Origin: Deinococcales bacterium
GTDB lineage: Bacteria > Deinococcota > Deinococci > Deinococcales > JAAFIG01
Reading direction: 5' to 3'
Length of the DNA stretch: 64,000 nucleotides
Assembly: GCA_025359505.1 (NCBI GenBank)
Contig: JANYHH010000005.1
Coordinates: forward strand, 14,376 to 78,375
In this document: positions 24,831-34,650 of the stretch, one piece after another
Position numbering within the stretch: position 1 is the stretch's first letter
How the letters are laid out: the number at the start of each line of letters is the position of its first letter
Program-made: the position numbers and the translations under genes
Notes under the pieces: model-generated
Database searches by the model: none
What the model saw: the letters and a program-made list of their open reading frames with translations, nothing else
Told to the model about the DNA's origin: nothing

Positions 24831-26096
24831 GTGAATAACGTTTCCGAAAACAGCGTCCCTGAGAACATCCCCGCACCCCCACCCCGAGCCAGACTAGTCT
24901 TCATTCTGGCCAGCGCTTTTTTAAGCGCGATGGGATTCGGGTTGGTCGGCCCCGTACTGCCGTACTTGGTCGGGCGCTGGGTCAGCGATGCGGGCCAACT
25001 GGCGCTGACGGTCAGTTTGCTGAGCGTCTCGTATGCGGGATGCGCCTTTATCGCCTCGCCGCTGCTGGGGGCACTCAGTGACCGCTACGGCCGCCGTCCC
25101 GTGCTGTTACTCAGTCTGCTTGGCTCGGCGCTTGGCTACGCGCTGTTTGGGATTGGCGGCGCGTTGTGGATGCTGTTCGTCGGGCGGATCATCGATGGCT
25201 TGACCGCTGGAAATTTCAGCGCGATCTTCGGAATGCTCAGTGACTCCACTGCCTCTAAGGAGCGCGGCAAATATTTCGGCTGGATTGGCGCGGCGGTCGG
25301 TGGTGGCTTTATTCTGGGGCCGGCCATCGGCGGTCTCGCCTCCAAAATCAGCCTCGAGACGCCGTTCTTCATCGCGGCCAGCTTAACCCTGATCAACTTG
25401 TTGTGGGGCTACTTCTTCGTCCCAGAGAGCCTAGAGCCGCAAAATCGCAGTTTTGAGCTAAAATGGACGCAACTCAATCCCTTCACGCAAATCGCGGGGC
25501 TGTTCCAGATCACGGCGCTGCGCTGGTTGCTGGTGGCGGGAGTGCTGTTCATGATTCCGTTTGCGATCATGCAAACCACGCTCGGCGTGCTGCTCAAAGA
25601 CAGCCTAGGCTGGGGCGCGGATCAGACCAGCCTCGTCTTCATTGTCGTCGGCATCAGCGATATTGCCGTGCAGGGCTTGCTGCTCGCTTTACTGCTGAAA
25701 ACCTTTGGTGAGCGGCGCGTCGCCATTGGCGCATTGCTCATTGCAGTTTGCGGCTTGGTCGGCATGGCACTGCTGCCCAGCATCCCCAATGCTGTTCTGG
25801 TCTTCTCGAGCGTGATCGCTTTCGCGGTCGGCGAGGGTGTCTTCACCGCGACGCTGGGGAGCTTATTGTCTCAAATGGCGGGCCCGACGATGCAAGGGCG
25901 CGTGCAAGGCGGGAATCAAGCATTGCAATCGCTGACGCAGGTCGGCGGGCCGCTGATCGGCGGGTCGCTGTACAGCCGGGTCTCGAGCGGCGCTCCTTTC
26001 TGGGCGGGCGCAGCGATGGTGCTGATCGGTGCGGTCACGCTGCTGACGGGCGGCGTAAGCTCAACATCAGCACCAGACTCGCTCGAGGCGCTTTGA
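24831..26096 (+). CDS. MFS transporter (Tet/TCR-like drug:H+ antiporter type)
   Basis: About 12 predicted TM segments, with the MFS motif A GALSDRYGRRPVLL. Confidence 0.85.
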   Translation: MNNVSENSVPENIPAPPPRARLVFILASAFLSAMGFGLVGPVLPYLVGRWVSDAGQLALTVSLLSVSYAGCAFIASPLLGALSDRYGRRPVLLLSLLGSALGYALFGIGGALWMLFVGRIIDGLTAGNFSAIFGMLSDSTASKERGKYFGWIGAAVGGGFILGPAIGGLASKISLETPFFIAASLTLINLLWGYFFVPESLEPQNRSFELKWTQLNPFTQIAGLFQITALRWLLVAGVLFMIPFAIMQTTLGVLLKDSLGWGADQTSLVFIVVGISDIAVQGLLLALLLKTFGERRVAIGALLIAVCGLVGMALLPSIPNAVLVFSSVIAFAVGEGVFTATLGSLLSQMAGPTMQGRVQGGNQALQSLTQVGGPLIGGSLYSRVSSGAPFWAGAAMVLIGAVTLLTGGVSSTSAPDSLEAL

Positions 26097-26137
26097 GGGC
26101 TGGCTCGAGTGCTCCGTCAAAACCGTTAAACTCGCCC

Positions 26138-27292
26138 ATGCAATCAGAGTTTGATGTGATCGTGATCGGCGCGGGCGGTGCGGGCAGCAGCGCGGCTTTG
26201 GAGCTGACCAAACGTGGTCAAAAAGTGCTGCTTTTGGAGCAATTCCAGATCGGTCACGACCGGGGCAGTTCGCACGGTCACTCGAGGATTTTCAGGTTTG
26301 CGTATGACGAGGCGCAGTACGCGAGGATGGCGATGACGGCGCTCGGCGCGTGGCGCGACCTCGAGCGGATCAGCGGGGAAACGCTGCTGACGATGACCGG
26401 CGGGCTTGATCTGGGCAGAGCGGGCAACCCCAGCTTGGAGCGCACGGCAGCGGGCATGACCGCCGCTGGCGCAAATTTTGAGCGTTTGGACGCCAGTGAA
26501 CTGATGCGGCGCTTCCCGCAGTGGCGCGTGCCAGACGACTGGGTGGCGCTGTACAGCCCGGACGCGGGGATCGTCAATCCTACACAAACCGTGGAAATTA
26601 TGGCGGCGCTGGCCCTCGCTGCGGGTGCGACCGTCCTCGAGATGACGCCCGTGACCGATTTGAACCTCGAGACGCTGTGCGTCACTACATCACGCGGCAC
26701 GTTCAGCGCAAACAAAATAGTGATTGCCGCTGGCGCATGGCTGCCGCGACTCGTGCCGGAATTGGCGCTACCGCTGACGGTCACGTTAGAGAGCAGTGTG
26801 TACTTTGCGCCGACGGACTTGGCTGCGTTCAACCCCGAGCGTTTCCCTGTTTTCATCTCGCACGAATCGCTCGAGTACGGCTTCGGCGCGTTCGGCTTAC
26901 CGGGCGTCAAAGTCGGTTGGCATCAGAGCGGCGCTGAAATTGACCCCGAGACTCGAGGGTTTGATGTCGCGCCCGAGACCATCACGCAGATTCGCGGCTT
27001 CTTGGAGGCGCGATTGCCGAATCAAGACTGGCGTTTGCTGGCGGCCAAAACCTGTCTGTACACCAATACCCCGAGCCACGATTTTATTCTGGACGCGCAC
27101 CCCGCTCACCCCGCTGTGCTGCTGGTCTCGCCGTGCAGCGGGCACGGCTTCAAATTCGCGCCGCTGATCGGCTCGCTCGTCGCGGATAAACTGGCGGGTG
27201 TGAAAAACGCGCATGACCTCGAGCGCTTCGAGCTGGGGAACGCGCTGCGGCACGGCGAGGGCAAGCTGTTGTCCAGAGCCAGCGTGAGTTGA
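26138..27292 (+). CDS. solA: FAD-dependent N-methyl amino acid oxidase (monomeric sarcosine oxidase / N-methyltryptophan oxidase family)
   Basis: The N-terminal dinucleotide fold is FDVIVIGAGGAGSSAA, and the covalent-FAD Cys context is SPCSGHGFKF. The ORF-track N-terminal extension overlaps the MFS gene, so it was rejected. Confidence 0.8.
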   Translation: MQSEFDVIVIGAGGAGSSAALELTKRGQKVLLLEQFQIGHDRGSSHGHSRIFRFAYDEAQYARMAMTALGAWRDLERISGETLLTMTGGLDLGRAGNPSLERTAAGMTAAGANFERLDASELMRRFPQWRVPDDWVALYSPDAGIVNPTQTVEIMAALALAAGATVLEMTPVTDLNLETLCVTTSRGTFSANKIVIAAGAWLPRLVPELALPLTVTLESSVYFAPTDLAAFNPERFPVFISHESLEYGFGAFGLPGVKVGWHQSGAEIDPETRGFDVAPETITQIRGFLEARLPNQDWRLLAAKTCLYTNTPSHDFILDAHPAHPAVLLVSPCSGHGFKFAPLIGSLVADKLAGVKNAHDLERFELGNALRHGEGKLLSRASVS

Positions 27293-27513
27293 AACCTCGA
27301 GCGGTGAAGTTTTTGACTGTTCGAGATTCCGGTGGTTCACTCGAGACCACGTTCGCGCAGGCGCGAACATCACGCCGTTTCGCGCATGTGTGCAAGAGCA
27401 CAACGCACGACGTATTCACCCCCGCAACACGCGAACGCAAACTCGAGACCTCGAGATTCATCAAACACCCCCGAGACTTGTGTCACCGTGCGGCCCAGAG
27501 TGATCGGCGTAGA

Positions 27514-28872
27514 ATGCAGGGCATGAAACGTGAGTACCTGATCGGCGCGGTCGTTGGCGTGGTTGCGGCTGGCGCAATCGGTTTCGCGCAGCTCCGCAGC
27601 GTCGCCGCTCCGAACGGCGATGCCCTCTGGCAATCCCCCAACGGCAAGGCTTTCTTGGAGACCTACGGTGCACTCAAAAACGAGTACCTGCGCCCGGTCA
27701 ATGACGCCAAGCTGCTCGAGGGGGCGCTGTCGGGGATGTTGGTGGCGCTGGATGACGAGTTCACGTATTACATTCCGCCCGCGCAAGCCAACACCGGGCG
27801 CGAGGATTTGAACGGCGAGTTTTTTGGCATCGGCATCGGCATTCTGCCCGCCAACAAGAACGGCACGGGCGTGCAGGTCGAAACTGTTTACAGCGGCTCG
27901 CCTGCTGCTGAAGCGGGCTTGGTGGCGGGTGACATCATCCTTAAGGCGGGCGACAAAGAACTGGGGGCGCTCCCACTGGATGAGGCTGTGCGTTACGTGC
28001 GCGGGCCGTCTGGATCGCAAGTTAAACTACTGATTTTCAGGGATGGGGCGCGGTTGACGCTGACGGCGACGCGCCGCAAAATCACCAAAGTCAACGTCGA
28101 AACCACGGTGCTGCCCGCGCCAGCCGGACAAACGGGGCAGATTGGTTACGTGGCGATCAGTGATTTCGCCAATTGGAAACTGGCTGACCAGTTGCAGACC
28201 GCGCTGGCGGACATGAAAAAGCGCGGCGTCAAAGGCTTGGTACTGGATCTGCGCGGCAACCCGGGCGGTCTGGTGGCTGAAGCCGAAGCCGTCGCGGACG
28301 CGTTCCTCAGTAAAGGCGATGTTTACATCACCCGCGACCGCAACAAGGTCGTCAAAGTCGAATTCGCTGCGACTCCCAGCGGGTCGGATTTCACCGCGCC
28401 GCTCATTGTACTGGTCAACTCCTCGAGCGCCAGCGCCTCGGAGATCGTCACGGCCGCGCTGCAAGAAAACGGTCGCGCCAAGATCGTTGGCGAAAAAACC
28501 TACGGCAAAGGTGTGGCGAACTCCCCAGAGAAACTCTCCAACGAGGGACAACTGAACGTCACCGTGATCGAGTGGCTGACGCCCAAGCGCAACAGCATCT
28601 TCAAGAAAGGCATCACGCCGGATTACTCGGTAGCGGACACGCGTTTTGAGAAACTGCTGGCGTTCGAGGGCGTCAACGCCAAGCCCGGCTCGAAGCTCGA
28701 GGTCAAAGTCAACGGTCAGACCTTGCAGCTTGTGGCCGATAAAGATGGTCGCTTCCAGTACCAGCAATCCCCAACGCGCTTGAAGTCCTCGGCTACGCAG
28801 GGGCAAGCGACCGTCGACCTTGCCAAAGACGCGCAGCTCAGAAAAGCGCTCGAGCTGCTGGGCGCGAAGTAA
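27514..28872 (+). CDS. ctpA: Carboxy-terminal processing peptidase, S41 family, with a PDZ domain
   Basis: FFGIGIGI..., PDZ region SPAAEAGLVAGDIILKAGD, LDLRGNPGGL, and VLVNSSSASASEIVTAALQENGRAKIVGEKTYGKG. The start is either 27514 or 27523. Confidence 0.85.
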   Translation: MQGMKREYLIGAVVGVVAAGAIGFAQLRSVAAPNGDALWQSPNGKAFLETYGALKNEYLRPVNDAKLLEGALSGMLVALDDEFTYYIPPAQANTGREDLNGEFFGIGIGILPANKNGTGVQVETVYSGSPAAEAGLVAGDIILKAGDKELGALPLDEAVRYVRGPSGSQVKLLIFRDGARLTLTATRRKITKVNVETTVLPAPAGQTGQIGYVAISDFANWKLADQLQTALADMKKRGVKGLVLDLRGNPGGLVAEAEAVADAFLSKGDVYITRDRNKVVKVEFAATPSGSDFTAPLIVLVNSSSASASEIVTAALQENGRAKIVGEKTYGKGVANSPEKLSNEGQLNVTVIEWLTPKRNSIFKKGITPDYSVADTRFEKLLAFEGVNAKPGSKLEVKVNGQTLQLVADKDGRFQYQQSPTRLKSSATQGQATVDLAKDAQLRKALELLGAK

Positions 28873-29085
28873 ACCCGAGTCGCGCTGGACGTGTATGCGC
28901 TGCACAGTCACCGCTCGAGTGACAAGGACTGAAATGCTGTGAAGCACGGTGTTTTGGTCACTACGGCTGAGCTATCCTCGAGTAAAGCTGCTCTCAAATC
29001 AAATGCGACAGACTGCGTTTAGCGCTCAAAGACCCCCCTGAATTGGGGGGCGCAGAATGTGAAACGATGCGCTATTGTGTGAAGC

Positions 29086-30165
29086 ATGGGTGACTGGACA
29101 GATCAACTGCAACGCACGGCGGGCGCAACGCGGGTGCTGGCGCTCGTCGAAGCGACCGACGCGGGTTTGATTTGCACCGAGAACGAAGTACTGTTTTTGA
29201 ATGCGGGGGGGCTGCAACGCGCACCTTTGAGTGAAATCACCAAGGTCAGCCGCGACGGCCCCGACTTGGTGCTGGCGGGCGCGAATCAAACCTTCGTGCG
29301 CGGCTCGATAAGCGTCGACAAGTTGACGCTGGCTAATTTTTTCAGTGAAGTCAAACAAGCCGTTGCGGTCGCCAGAGCCAAGCGCGAGGTGCTGCTGGAC
29401 ACCAGCGTCCCCACGGGCAATCCGACGCAGAGCGTGGCCATCTCGAGCGCCGAGATGGATGAACCGTCACTGGGGCGCAGCCAAGTCGCGCCCATGTTCG
29501 CGCCGATGCCAACCATGCCGCTTCTCGCAGAGCCGCTGCCGGATCGGTCGGTGGCCAGCCTGCCGCGCCTGTCCGAAGCGCCGCGTTTGAGTGCCGCTCG
29601 AGAGCAAGTTCAGTTCGTGCCCGCGAGTTTCTGGTGGCGGACACTGGCGTGGCTGATCGATACGGTTTTGCTGAGCGTGGTCGGGATTGTGCTGCTGCTG
29701 ATGTTCGGAGGATCGTCGTTGCTGGCGATCCTCTCGGCGGCGAACGGCGAGAATTCGACGACGCAACTCGGCGCGGCACTGATTGGTTTGTTCGGTGCGT
29801 ATCTGCTGTGGGCATTGGTCGTCACCATCGCAAGCTGGCTGTACTACGCACTGCTGGAGAGCGGCGAGCGGCAAGGCACGCTCGGCAAGATGGCGTGCGG
29901 CTTGTTCGTCAGTAATTTGAGCGGCGAGCGCATCAGCTTTGGGCAAGCCAGTGGACGCTACTGGAGCAAAGTCGGTGTTGCCATTGCCATTGGCGTTGTT
30001 TTTGGCATCATCATCTCGCCGTTTGGTACTGAATCAGCCATTGGAAGACTGCTCAATTTCGCCTCGAGCCTCGCGGTGATCTACACCTACGCGATGGTCT
30101 TTTTCACGCCGCGCAAGCAAACGCTTTACGATCAGATCACCAGCACGCTCGTCTGGAAGCGCTAA
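29086..30165 (+). CDS. RDD-family membrane protein with an N-terminal soluble domain
   Basis: The C-terminal RDD domain reads FWWRTLAWLIDTVLL...GTLGKMACGLFV...SFGQASGRYWSK. Confidence 0.7.
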   Translation: MGDWTDQLQRTAGATRVLALVEATDAGLICTENEVLFLNAGGLQRAPLSEITKVSRDGPDLVLAGANQTFVRGSISVDKLTLANFFSEVKQAVAVARAKREVLLDTSVPTGNPTQSVAISSAEMDEPSLGRSQVAPMFAPMPTMPLLAEPLPDRSVASLPRLSEAPRLSAAREQVQFVPASFWWRTLAWLIDTVLLSVVGIVLLLMFGGSSLLAILSAANGENSTTQLGAALIGLFGAYLLWALVVTIASWLYYALLESGERQGTLGKMACGLFVSNLSGERISFGQASGRYWSKVGVAIAIGVVFGIIISPFGTESAIGRLLNFASSLAVIYTYAMVFFTPRKQTLYDQITSTLVWKR

Positions 30166-30215
30166 TGCAGGTTTTTAACATCTATAAACCCAAGATCGGT
30201 ATGTACTAAAAGACC

Positions 30216-31838
30216 ATGAACCTCGAGCCAATTCGCAAATCTTTGTCCACCGAGCCGCTGCTGGCGCTCAGTGCGGGTGAGGCGACGCTGGCTTGCGACG
30301 CCACACAACTCGTGTTCGCGGACGCGCTCGGCATCCAGCGCTTGACGCTGCGCGACATTCGCAAAGTCACGCACGTCGAAGGCCACTTGGTCGTGACCTC
30401 GAGCGATCAGTCGATTCGCGGTGTGCTGAACGTGGAGAGCGCTGAGTTGAAAGCGTTTTTCGCGGATCTGCAAACCCTGCGAAAGCAGCGCGATGCTGGT
30501 CTGGCGCAAGTCCTCGAGTCGCGTTTCAACCCTGCATCACTCGAGACGCCGGGCACTGCATCACTCGAGACGCCGGGCATTGCGTCACTCGAGACGCCGA
30601 TTCCAGCCCAGCCCGTGATTCCGGGGTTCAGCATCGGGTTGAGCAATGCTCCCGCAGAAGTCCTCCCGCCTCGAGTCGAGCCGATCCCCGCAACCAATCC
30701 AGCGCCCCCATCAGAGCCGCCTCTGGTTGAACCGCCCCCAACGCTTGCGCCCATTGAAGATTTGTTGCAGTACCAGCCTCGCCCCGCCAAGCCCAATCCA
30801 AGAGCCAATTTGCATGCCCAGCGCGAGGAATTGCCACCATCCAAGCCGAACCCTCGAGCGGCTGTTCAGCAAATCACAGCGCCCACAGCCCCGGGTGTCC
30901 CAGCGCCGCCGTTTGAAACCAGCCAAGCGCCCGTCAACGTCCCACCGCCTGAACCTCGAGCCATTGCGCTCGAGATGCCACGCGTCACAGAGCAACCGAA
31001 AGACCGCCCTGCCGCGCTCGAGATGCCACGCGCTGCCCCGCTCGAGAAGACGGGTTTACCACCGCTCGAGAAACCGCGCAGCGCAGCACCCAATCAGCCA
31101 CGCACCGCTGCCCTCACTCAGCCGCGCCGCGTCGCGCCAGCGCTGCCGAGCGTCAAACTCGAGCTGCCCAAGCTTGACCTAAACGCTGTCGGGCAACATC
31201 TGAGGGGTCGCTTGGAGCGGCAAACCCCAGCCCTGCGTTTCAACCTGCGCCGCATTGCCGCCAGCGCGATCGACGCGGCGCTGAGCCTCGCGCTGATGTG
31301 GGGAGCGACGCGGATCATCGGCGGGCGCGAACTCGAGACATTGCTGCGTTTGCCCAATGACACCCGTGCCGATCTGAGCATGCTCGAGTCGCTTAAAGAC
31401 CTGCTGCCGCTGTTCATCGCCGGAGCGCTCAGCGGCGTGCTGGCGGCGCTGGCGGCTGGTTTACTGTACGCGGGAATCTCAGAACTCAGCCCGTTGCGCG
31501 GCACGCCCGGCAGACACTTCTTGGGCTTGCGTCTAATTCTGCTGAGCGGCGCTCGAGTCAGTCCAGCCGTCGTCGCCGGGCGTTACCTCGTGGGGGTCAT
31601 GCTGCTGCTCGTGCCAAGCGTGCTCGGTCTGCTGCCGACGCTGCTGGCACTGAACGGCCCGGCGATTGCACTCAGAAGCAGCTTGCAATTGTTCGGGTAC
31701 GCCAATTTCGCTGGGCTGATCGCCTTACTGATCGGGCAACTGCCGATTTACGGCGCGACTCGCGTCCAGACGCTCGCCGATTACCTGACGGACTGCATCG
31801 TGCGCGACGCCCCCAAAGCCGCGAAGCTCGAAACTTAG
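30216..31838 (+). CDS. RDD-family membrane protein, paralog of the upstream gene, with a long Pro-rich repetitive linker
   Basis: It has the same N-terminal module as 29086-30165 (..LACDATQLVFADALGIQRLTLRDIRKV..) and a C-terminal RDD domain (RRIAASAIDAAL...GTPGRHFLGLRL). Confidence 0.7.
   Translation: MNLEPIRKSLSTEPLLALSAGEATLACDATQLVFADALGIQRLTLRDIRKVTHVEGHLVVTSSDQSIRGVLNVESAELKAFFADLQTLRKQRDAGLAQVLESRFNPASLETPGTASLETPGIASLETPIPAQPVIPGFSIGLSNAPAEVLPPRVEPIPATNPAPPSEPPLVEPPPTLAPIEDLLQYQPRPAKPNPRANLHAQREELPPSKPNPRAAVQQITAPTAPGVPAPPFETSQAPVNVPPPEPRAIALEMPRVTEQPKDRPAALEMPRAAPLEKTGLPPLEKPRSAAPNQPRTAALTQPRRVAPALPSVKLELPKLDLNAVGQHLRGRLERQTPALRFNLRRIAASAIDAALSLALMWGATRIIGGRELETLLRLPNDTRADLSMLESLKDLLPLFIAGALSGVLAALAAGLLYAGISELSPLRGTPGRHFLGLRLILLSGARVSPAVVAGRYLVGVMLLLVPSVLGLLPTLLALNGPAIALRSSLQLFGYANFAGLIALLIGQLPIYGATRVQTLADYLTDCIVRDAPKAAKLET
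30534..30599 (+). repeat. In-frame 24-bp tandem repeat (2.75 copies) encoding ASLETPG(T/I)
   Basis: The copies are GCATCACTCGAGACGCCGGGCACT, GCATCACTCGAGACGCCGGGCATT and GCGTCACTCGAGACGCCG. Confidence 0.85.
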
Positions 31839-31848
31839 GGCGGTTTGC

Positions 31849-31882
31849 AGCACCGCAAGTCAGCGCTCGAGCGGTGCTGACC
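31849..31882 (+). terminator. Hairpin downstream of the RDD paralog
   Basis: CAGCACCGC...GCGGTGCTG, a 9-bp stem around a 16-nt loop. Weak because there is no T-tract. Confidence 0.3.
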
Positions 31883-32103
31883 CGTATGTCCATGTCTCGA
31901 GCAGCGCAGAAGCTGACTCTGACGAATTGGCTCGAGGGGCATCGGTTTTGGCGAATCGTTACCAATATCTGCACAACTGAACACTTTTTGACGGGCGTTT
32001 GACCAAAAATTTGAGTTTTTGCTGACGACTGTGCTATTTTTGCAATCGCTTGAACGGTTTCTTACTGACAAGACACCGCTTCGCATGTCCTTGGAGGTCA
32101 CTT

Positions 32104-33525
32104 ATGAGCCTGCGCGATTTTCTGGAAATTCCCTACGAGCAACTCGAGCAACTGAACTTGGCCGCCAAAGCCGACCGCTTGTCGCGCAAGGATGTCGGCA
32201 AGATCAGGGACGAGCGCATGCAGTATTTGGCCGACGAAAAAGGCATCAAAGCCGTCACGGTCTGCTTCTCGGATCTCGAGGGTCGGCTGCACATGCTCGA
32301 TTACGACAAGAAGTTCTTGCTAAAAAGTGCCGACAACCTGACCTTCGACGGCTCATCGATTCGCGGCTTCACCGCGCAGTCCGAGTCCGACTTGCGCTTG
32401 GCGATCGACTGGCCCGCGTTTTACTGGCTGCCGTCGGATATCTTCGGGCCCGGCAAGGTGCTGGTGTTCAGCGAAGTGCGCGAGAAAGACGGCAGCGCCT
32501 ACGGCGCGGACATGCGGGCCCGCCTGAAAGAATTCACCGCGAACCTCTACAAAAAAGACGGCATCACCGCCAACGTCGCCACCGAAATCGAAGGTTTCCT
32601 GTTTAAGGGCCGCGATGCCGAGCGCCATTACTCGAGCTTGGGCGAGTTTGAATACGCCTCCGAGGGCGGGTACTACAACTCGCTGCCCGGCGATATCCTG
32701 CGTTTGTACATCGACGCCGCAGCCGAAGTCCAACGCGCGATGGGCTTTGAAAACGAGAAAGACCACCCAGAGGTCGCCCCCAGCCAGTTTGAAATGAATT
32801 TTAGCTACACCGAAGCCTTGGTGGCCGCCGATCAAGTTCAGCTTTACAAGCTGCTGTCGCGCCAAGTCGCCGCGACGATGAGCCTAACCGCCAGCTTCCT
32901 CCCCAAGCCCGTGATCGGCGTCAACGGCAGCGGTATGCACACCAACATGAGCCTGTCTAAAAAAGGCAAGAACATGATGTATGACGCCAAAGGCCGCGAG
33001 GGCCTGAGCGAGTTCGGCTGGGAGTTCATCAACCGCATCCTGACCAGTGCGCTGGACTTGTGCCTTGTACTGAACTCCTCGGTCAATTCGTACCGCCGCT
33101 TAGACCCGCACTTTGAAGCGCCCAACCAAATCAAAGCCTCAGCCGTGGATCGCGGCAGCATGGTGCGCGTGCCCATCGGCAACGAGAAGAGCGCTCGAGT
33201 CGAGGTTCGCAGCGTCGCGCCAGACTCCAACCCGTACCTGACGTTCTACAGCTTGTTCAACACCGGTCTGTCCGGCCCGCTCGACGAGCGCAAAGCCACC
33301 AGCAAATCGCGCTTCCTGCCCGACAACATTTACAGCGCCATTGACTCGTTCGAGCGCAGCAAATACATCGCCAGCTTCCTTGGCGGCGACGTGCAACAGA
33401 AATTCGCGGATCTGAAAATCATGCAAGCTGACCGTTGCGCCAAGAGTCTGGGCAGCATCATCAAAGTTCCAGAGATTCAGTTCCACCACGAAGTCACGAA
33501 CCAACTGCTGTGGAGCAAGTTCTAA
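32104..33525 (+). CDS. glnA: Glutamine synthetase family protein (glutamate-ammonia ligase)
   Basis: HPEVAPSQFEMNFSY and KPVIGVNGSGMHTNMSL are GS catalytic-domain signatures. GGAGG RBS upstream of the ATG at 32104. Confidence 0.85.
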   Translation: MSLRDFLEIPYEQLEQLNLAAKADRLSRKDVGKIRDERMQYLADEKGIKAVTVCFSDLEGRLHMLDYDKKFLLKSADNLTFDGSSIRGFTAQSESDLRLAIDWPAFYWLPSDIFGPGKVLVFSEVREKDGSAYGADMRARLKEFTANLYKKDGITANVATEIEGFLFKGRDAERHYSSLGEFEYASEGGYYNSLPGDILRLYIDAAAEVQRAMGFENEKDHPEVAPSQFEMNFSYTEALVAADQVQLYKLLSRQVAATMSLTASFLPKPVIGVNGSGMHTNMSLSKKGKNMMYDAKGREGLSEFGWEFINRILTSALDLCLVLNSSVNSYRRLDPHFEAPNQIKASAVDRGSMVRVPIGNEKSARVEVRSVAPDSNPYLTFYSLFNTGLSGPLDERKATSKSRFLPDNIYSAIDSFERSKYIASFLGGDVQQKFADLKIMQADRCAKSLGSIIKVPEIQFHHEVTNQLLWSKF

Positions 33526-33548
33526 GCGATCTCGAGGTTCGCGTCAGG

Positions 33549-33572
33549 GGGCGTCCAATTGGACGCCCTTTT
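33549..33572 (+). terminator. Rho-independent terminator of glnA
   Basis: GGGCGTCCA-at-TGGACGCCC followed by TTTT. Confidence 0.7.
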
Positions 33573-33609
33573 GCTTGCGGTGGGAATACGCTCGAGCGAG
33601 TGGCAAGGT

Positions 33610-33728
33610 CAAGGGCAACTCGCTGCGCTTCGCCTCCCTCACCCGCCCCTGCGGGGCGGCCTCTCCCGCAGCGCCCCAAGCCCGTGAGGTGCTGTAGTCA
33701 GGGGCAAGAAGGGAGAGGCGAAAGGGCG
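33610..33728 (+). repeat. GC-rich REP-like element, copy A (with a 39-nt internal insertion)
   Basis: CAAGGGCAACTCGCTGCGCTTCGCCTCCCTCACCCGCCCCTGCGGGGCGGCCTCTCCCGCAG...GGGAGAGGCGAAAGG. About 90% identical to the reverse complement of 34651-34724. Confidence 0.75.
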
Positions 33729-34058
33729 TTACAGCGTCTCGAGCCACTGGAGGGCGTCGGACTCGAGCGCGAAGAAGCGAATTAACTTGTGCTGTGCGTG
33801 TTCCCTCGCCAGTTCGGTGAAGCGTTCACCGTGCGCGGCTGGGTCTGGCACGACGAGCGCGAGTCGCAGGCGGTAATTCGTGCATTTCTGGAACAACTCG
33901 CCCGCAATGCCGGAATGCAAATCAAAAAACGCGCCGCCCAAATCCCCCTCGAGCAGCAGCACGCCGTCTGCATCGTAGGCGGTCTCGAGCAGCGTTTGAA
34001 TGTCGGGCATCGAGTCAACGCGCAAATTGTGGTCAGCAGCTACGATCACGCTCGGCAT
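33729..34058 (-). CDS. DUF4180-like small protein
   Basis: GVLLLEGDLGGAFFDLHSGIAGELFQKCTNYRLRLALVVPD matches my recollection of the DUF4180 family layout. Confidence 0.55.
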   Translation of the reverse strand: MPSVIVAADHNLRVDSMPDIQTLLETAYDADGVLLLEGDLGGAFFDLHSGIAGELFQKCTNYRLRLALVVPDPAAHGERFTELAREHAQHKLIRFFALESDALQWLETL

Positions 34059-34060
34059 GG

Positions 34061-34600
34061 TCAGTCCTCGAGCAATCTCGTGGGTTTACCGTCAATTGAC
34101 ACGAGGTTCTTGCGCGTCCAGTAGCCCTCGAGATCCGTGTTTTTGCGCCAATGATCGCTTAAATCTTCGCGCTGCATCTGAAAATCCATCAACGGCACGG
34201 CCATGCCGCACGAGCTTTGCACCAAGTCCACGCTGAGGTCAAAAATATTGCGTGCGCCGACCACTTCGGGCAATAAGCTTTTCAGCTTGAGCCAATCGGC
34301 GTCTCTTGGATGCACGGCCCTTGCATTACCGTACAAACGCAGGATCAGTGGCTTGCCTTCAAACGCGCAGAACATGATCGTCATGCGCGGCTGCTCGAGC
34401 AGATGCGCGGCTGTTTCATTGCCGCTGCCCGTGCCATTCAGCCAAATCACGCGGTTTGGCTCGAGGACACGCAGAGAATCCATACCTTTCGGAGAGACGT
34501 TGACGCGACCGTCGGGTGCAGCGGTCGCTACGAAATACATTGGCTGGCGCTCGATAAAAGCGCGATGTTCGGGATTAATAGCGGGGTAGCGGCTGCCCAT
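34061..34600 (-). CDS. Pyridoxamine 5'-phosphate oxidase-family (FMN-binding split barrel) protein
   Basis: HRAFIERQPMYFVATAAPDGRVNVSPKG is the typical N-terminal region. I chose the start at MGSRYPA because the longer ORF-track N-terminus runs through the REP-like repeat. Confidence 0.7.
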   Translation of the reverse strand: MGSRYPAINPEHRAFIERQPMYFVATAAPDGRVNVSPKGMDSLRVLEPNRVIWLNGTGSGNETAAHLLEQPRMTIMFCAFEGKPLILRLYGNARAVHPRDADWLKLKSLLPEVVGARNIFDLSVDLVQSSCGMAVPLMDFQMQREDLSDHWRKNTDLEGYWTRKNLVSIDGKPTRLLED

Positions 34601-34650
34601 GCGGATCAGTCTAGACCAACTCCGATCACTCAAGAAGCTTGGTGCAGTGT

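Noticed and set aside
25748-26137. The N-terminal 130-aa extension of the oxidase ORF in the ORF track
   Set aside because: It overlaps the 3' part of the MFS transporter gene in another frame. The Rossmann motif FDVIVIGAGGAG follows the ATG at 26138 directly, as expected for a true N-terminus.
31839-32103. A possible riboswitch or GlnR/TnrA-type operator upstream of glnA
   Set aside because: I found no TGTNA-N7-TNACA-type palindrome and no recognisable glutamine-riboswitch core by eye. Only a hairpin from the upstream gene and an AT-rich promoter-like stretch are visible.
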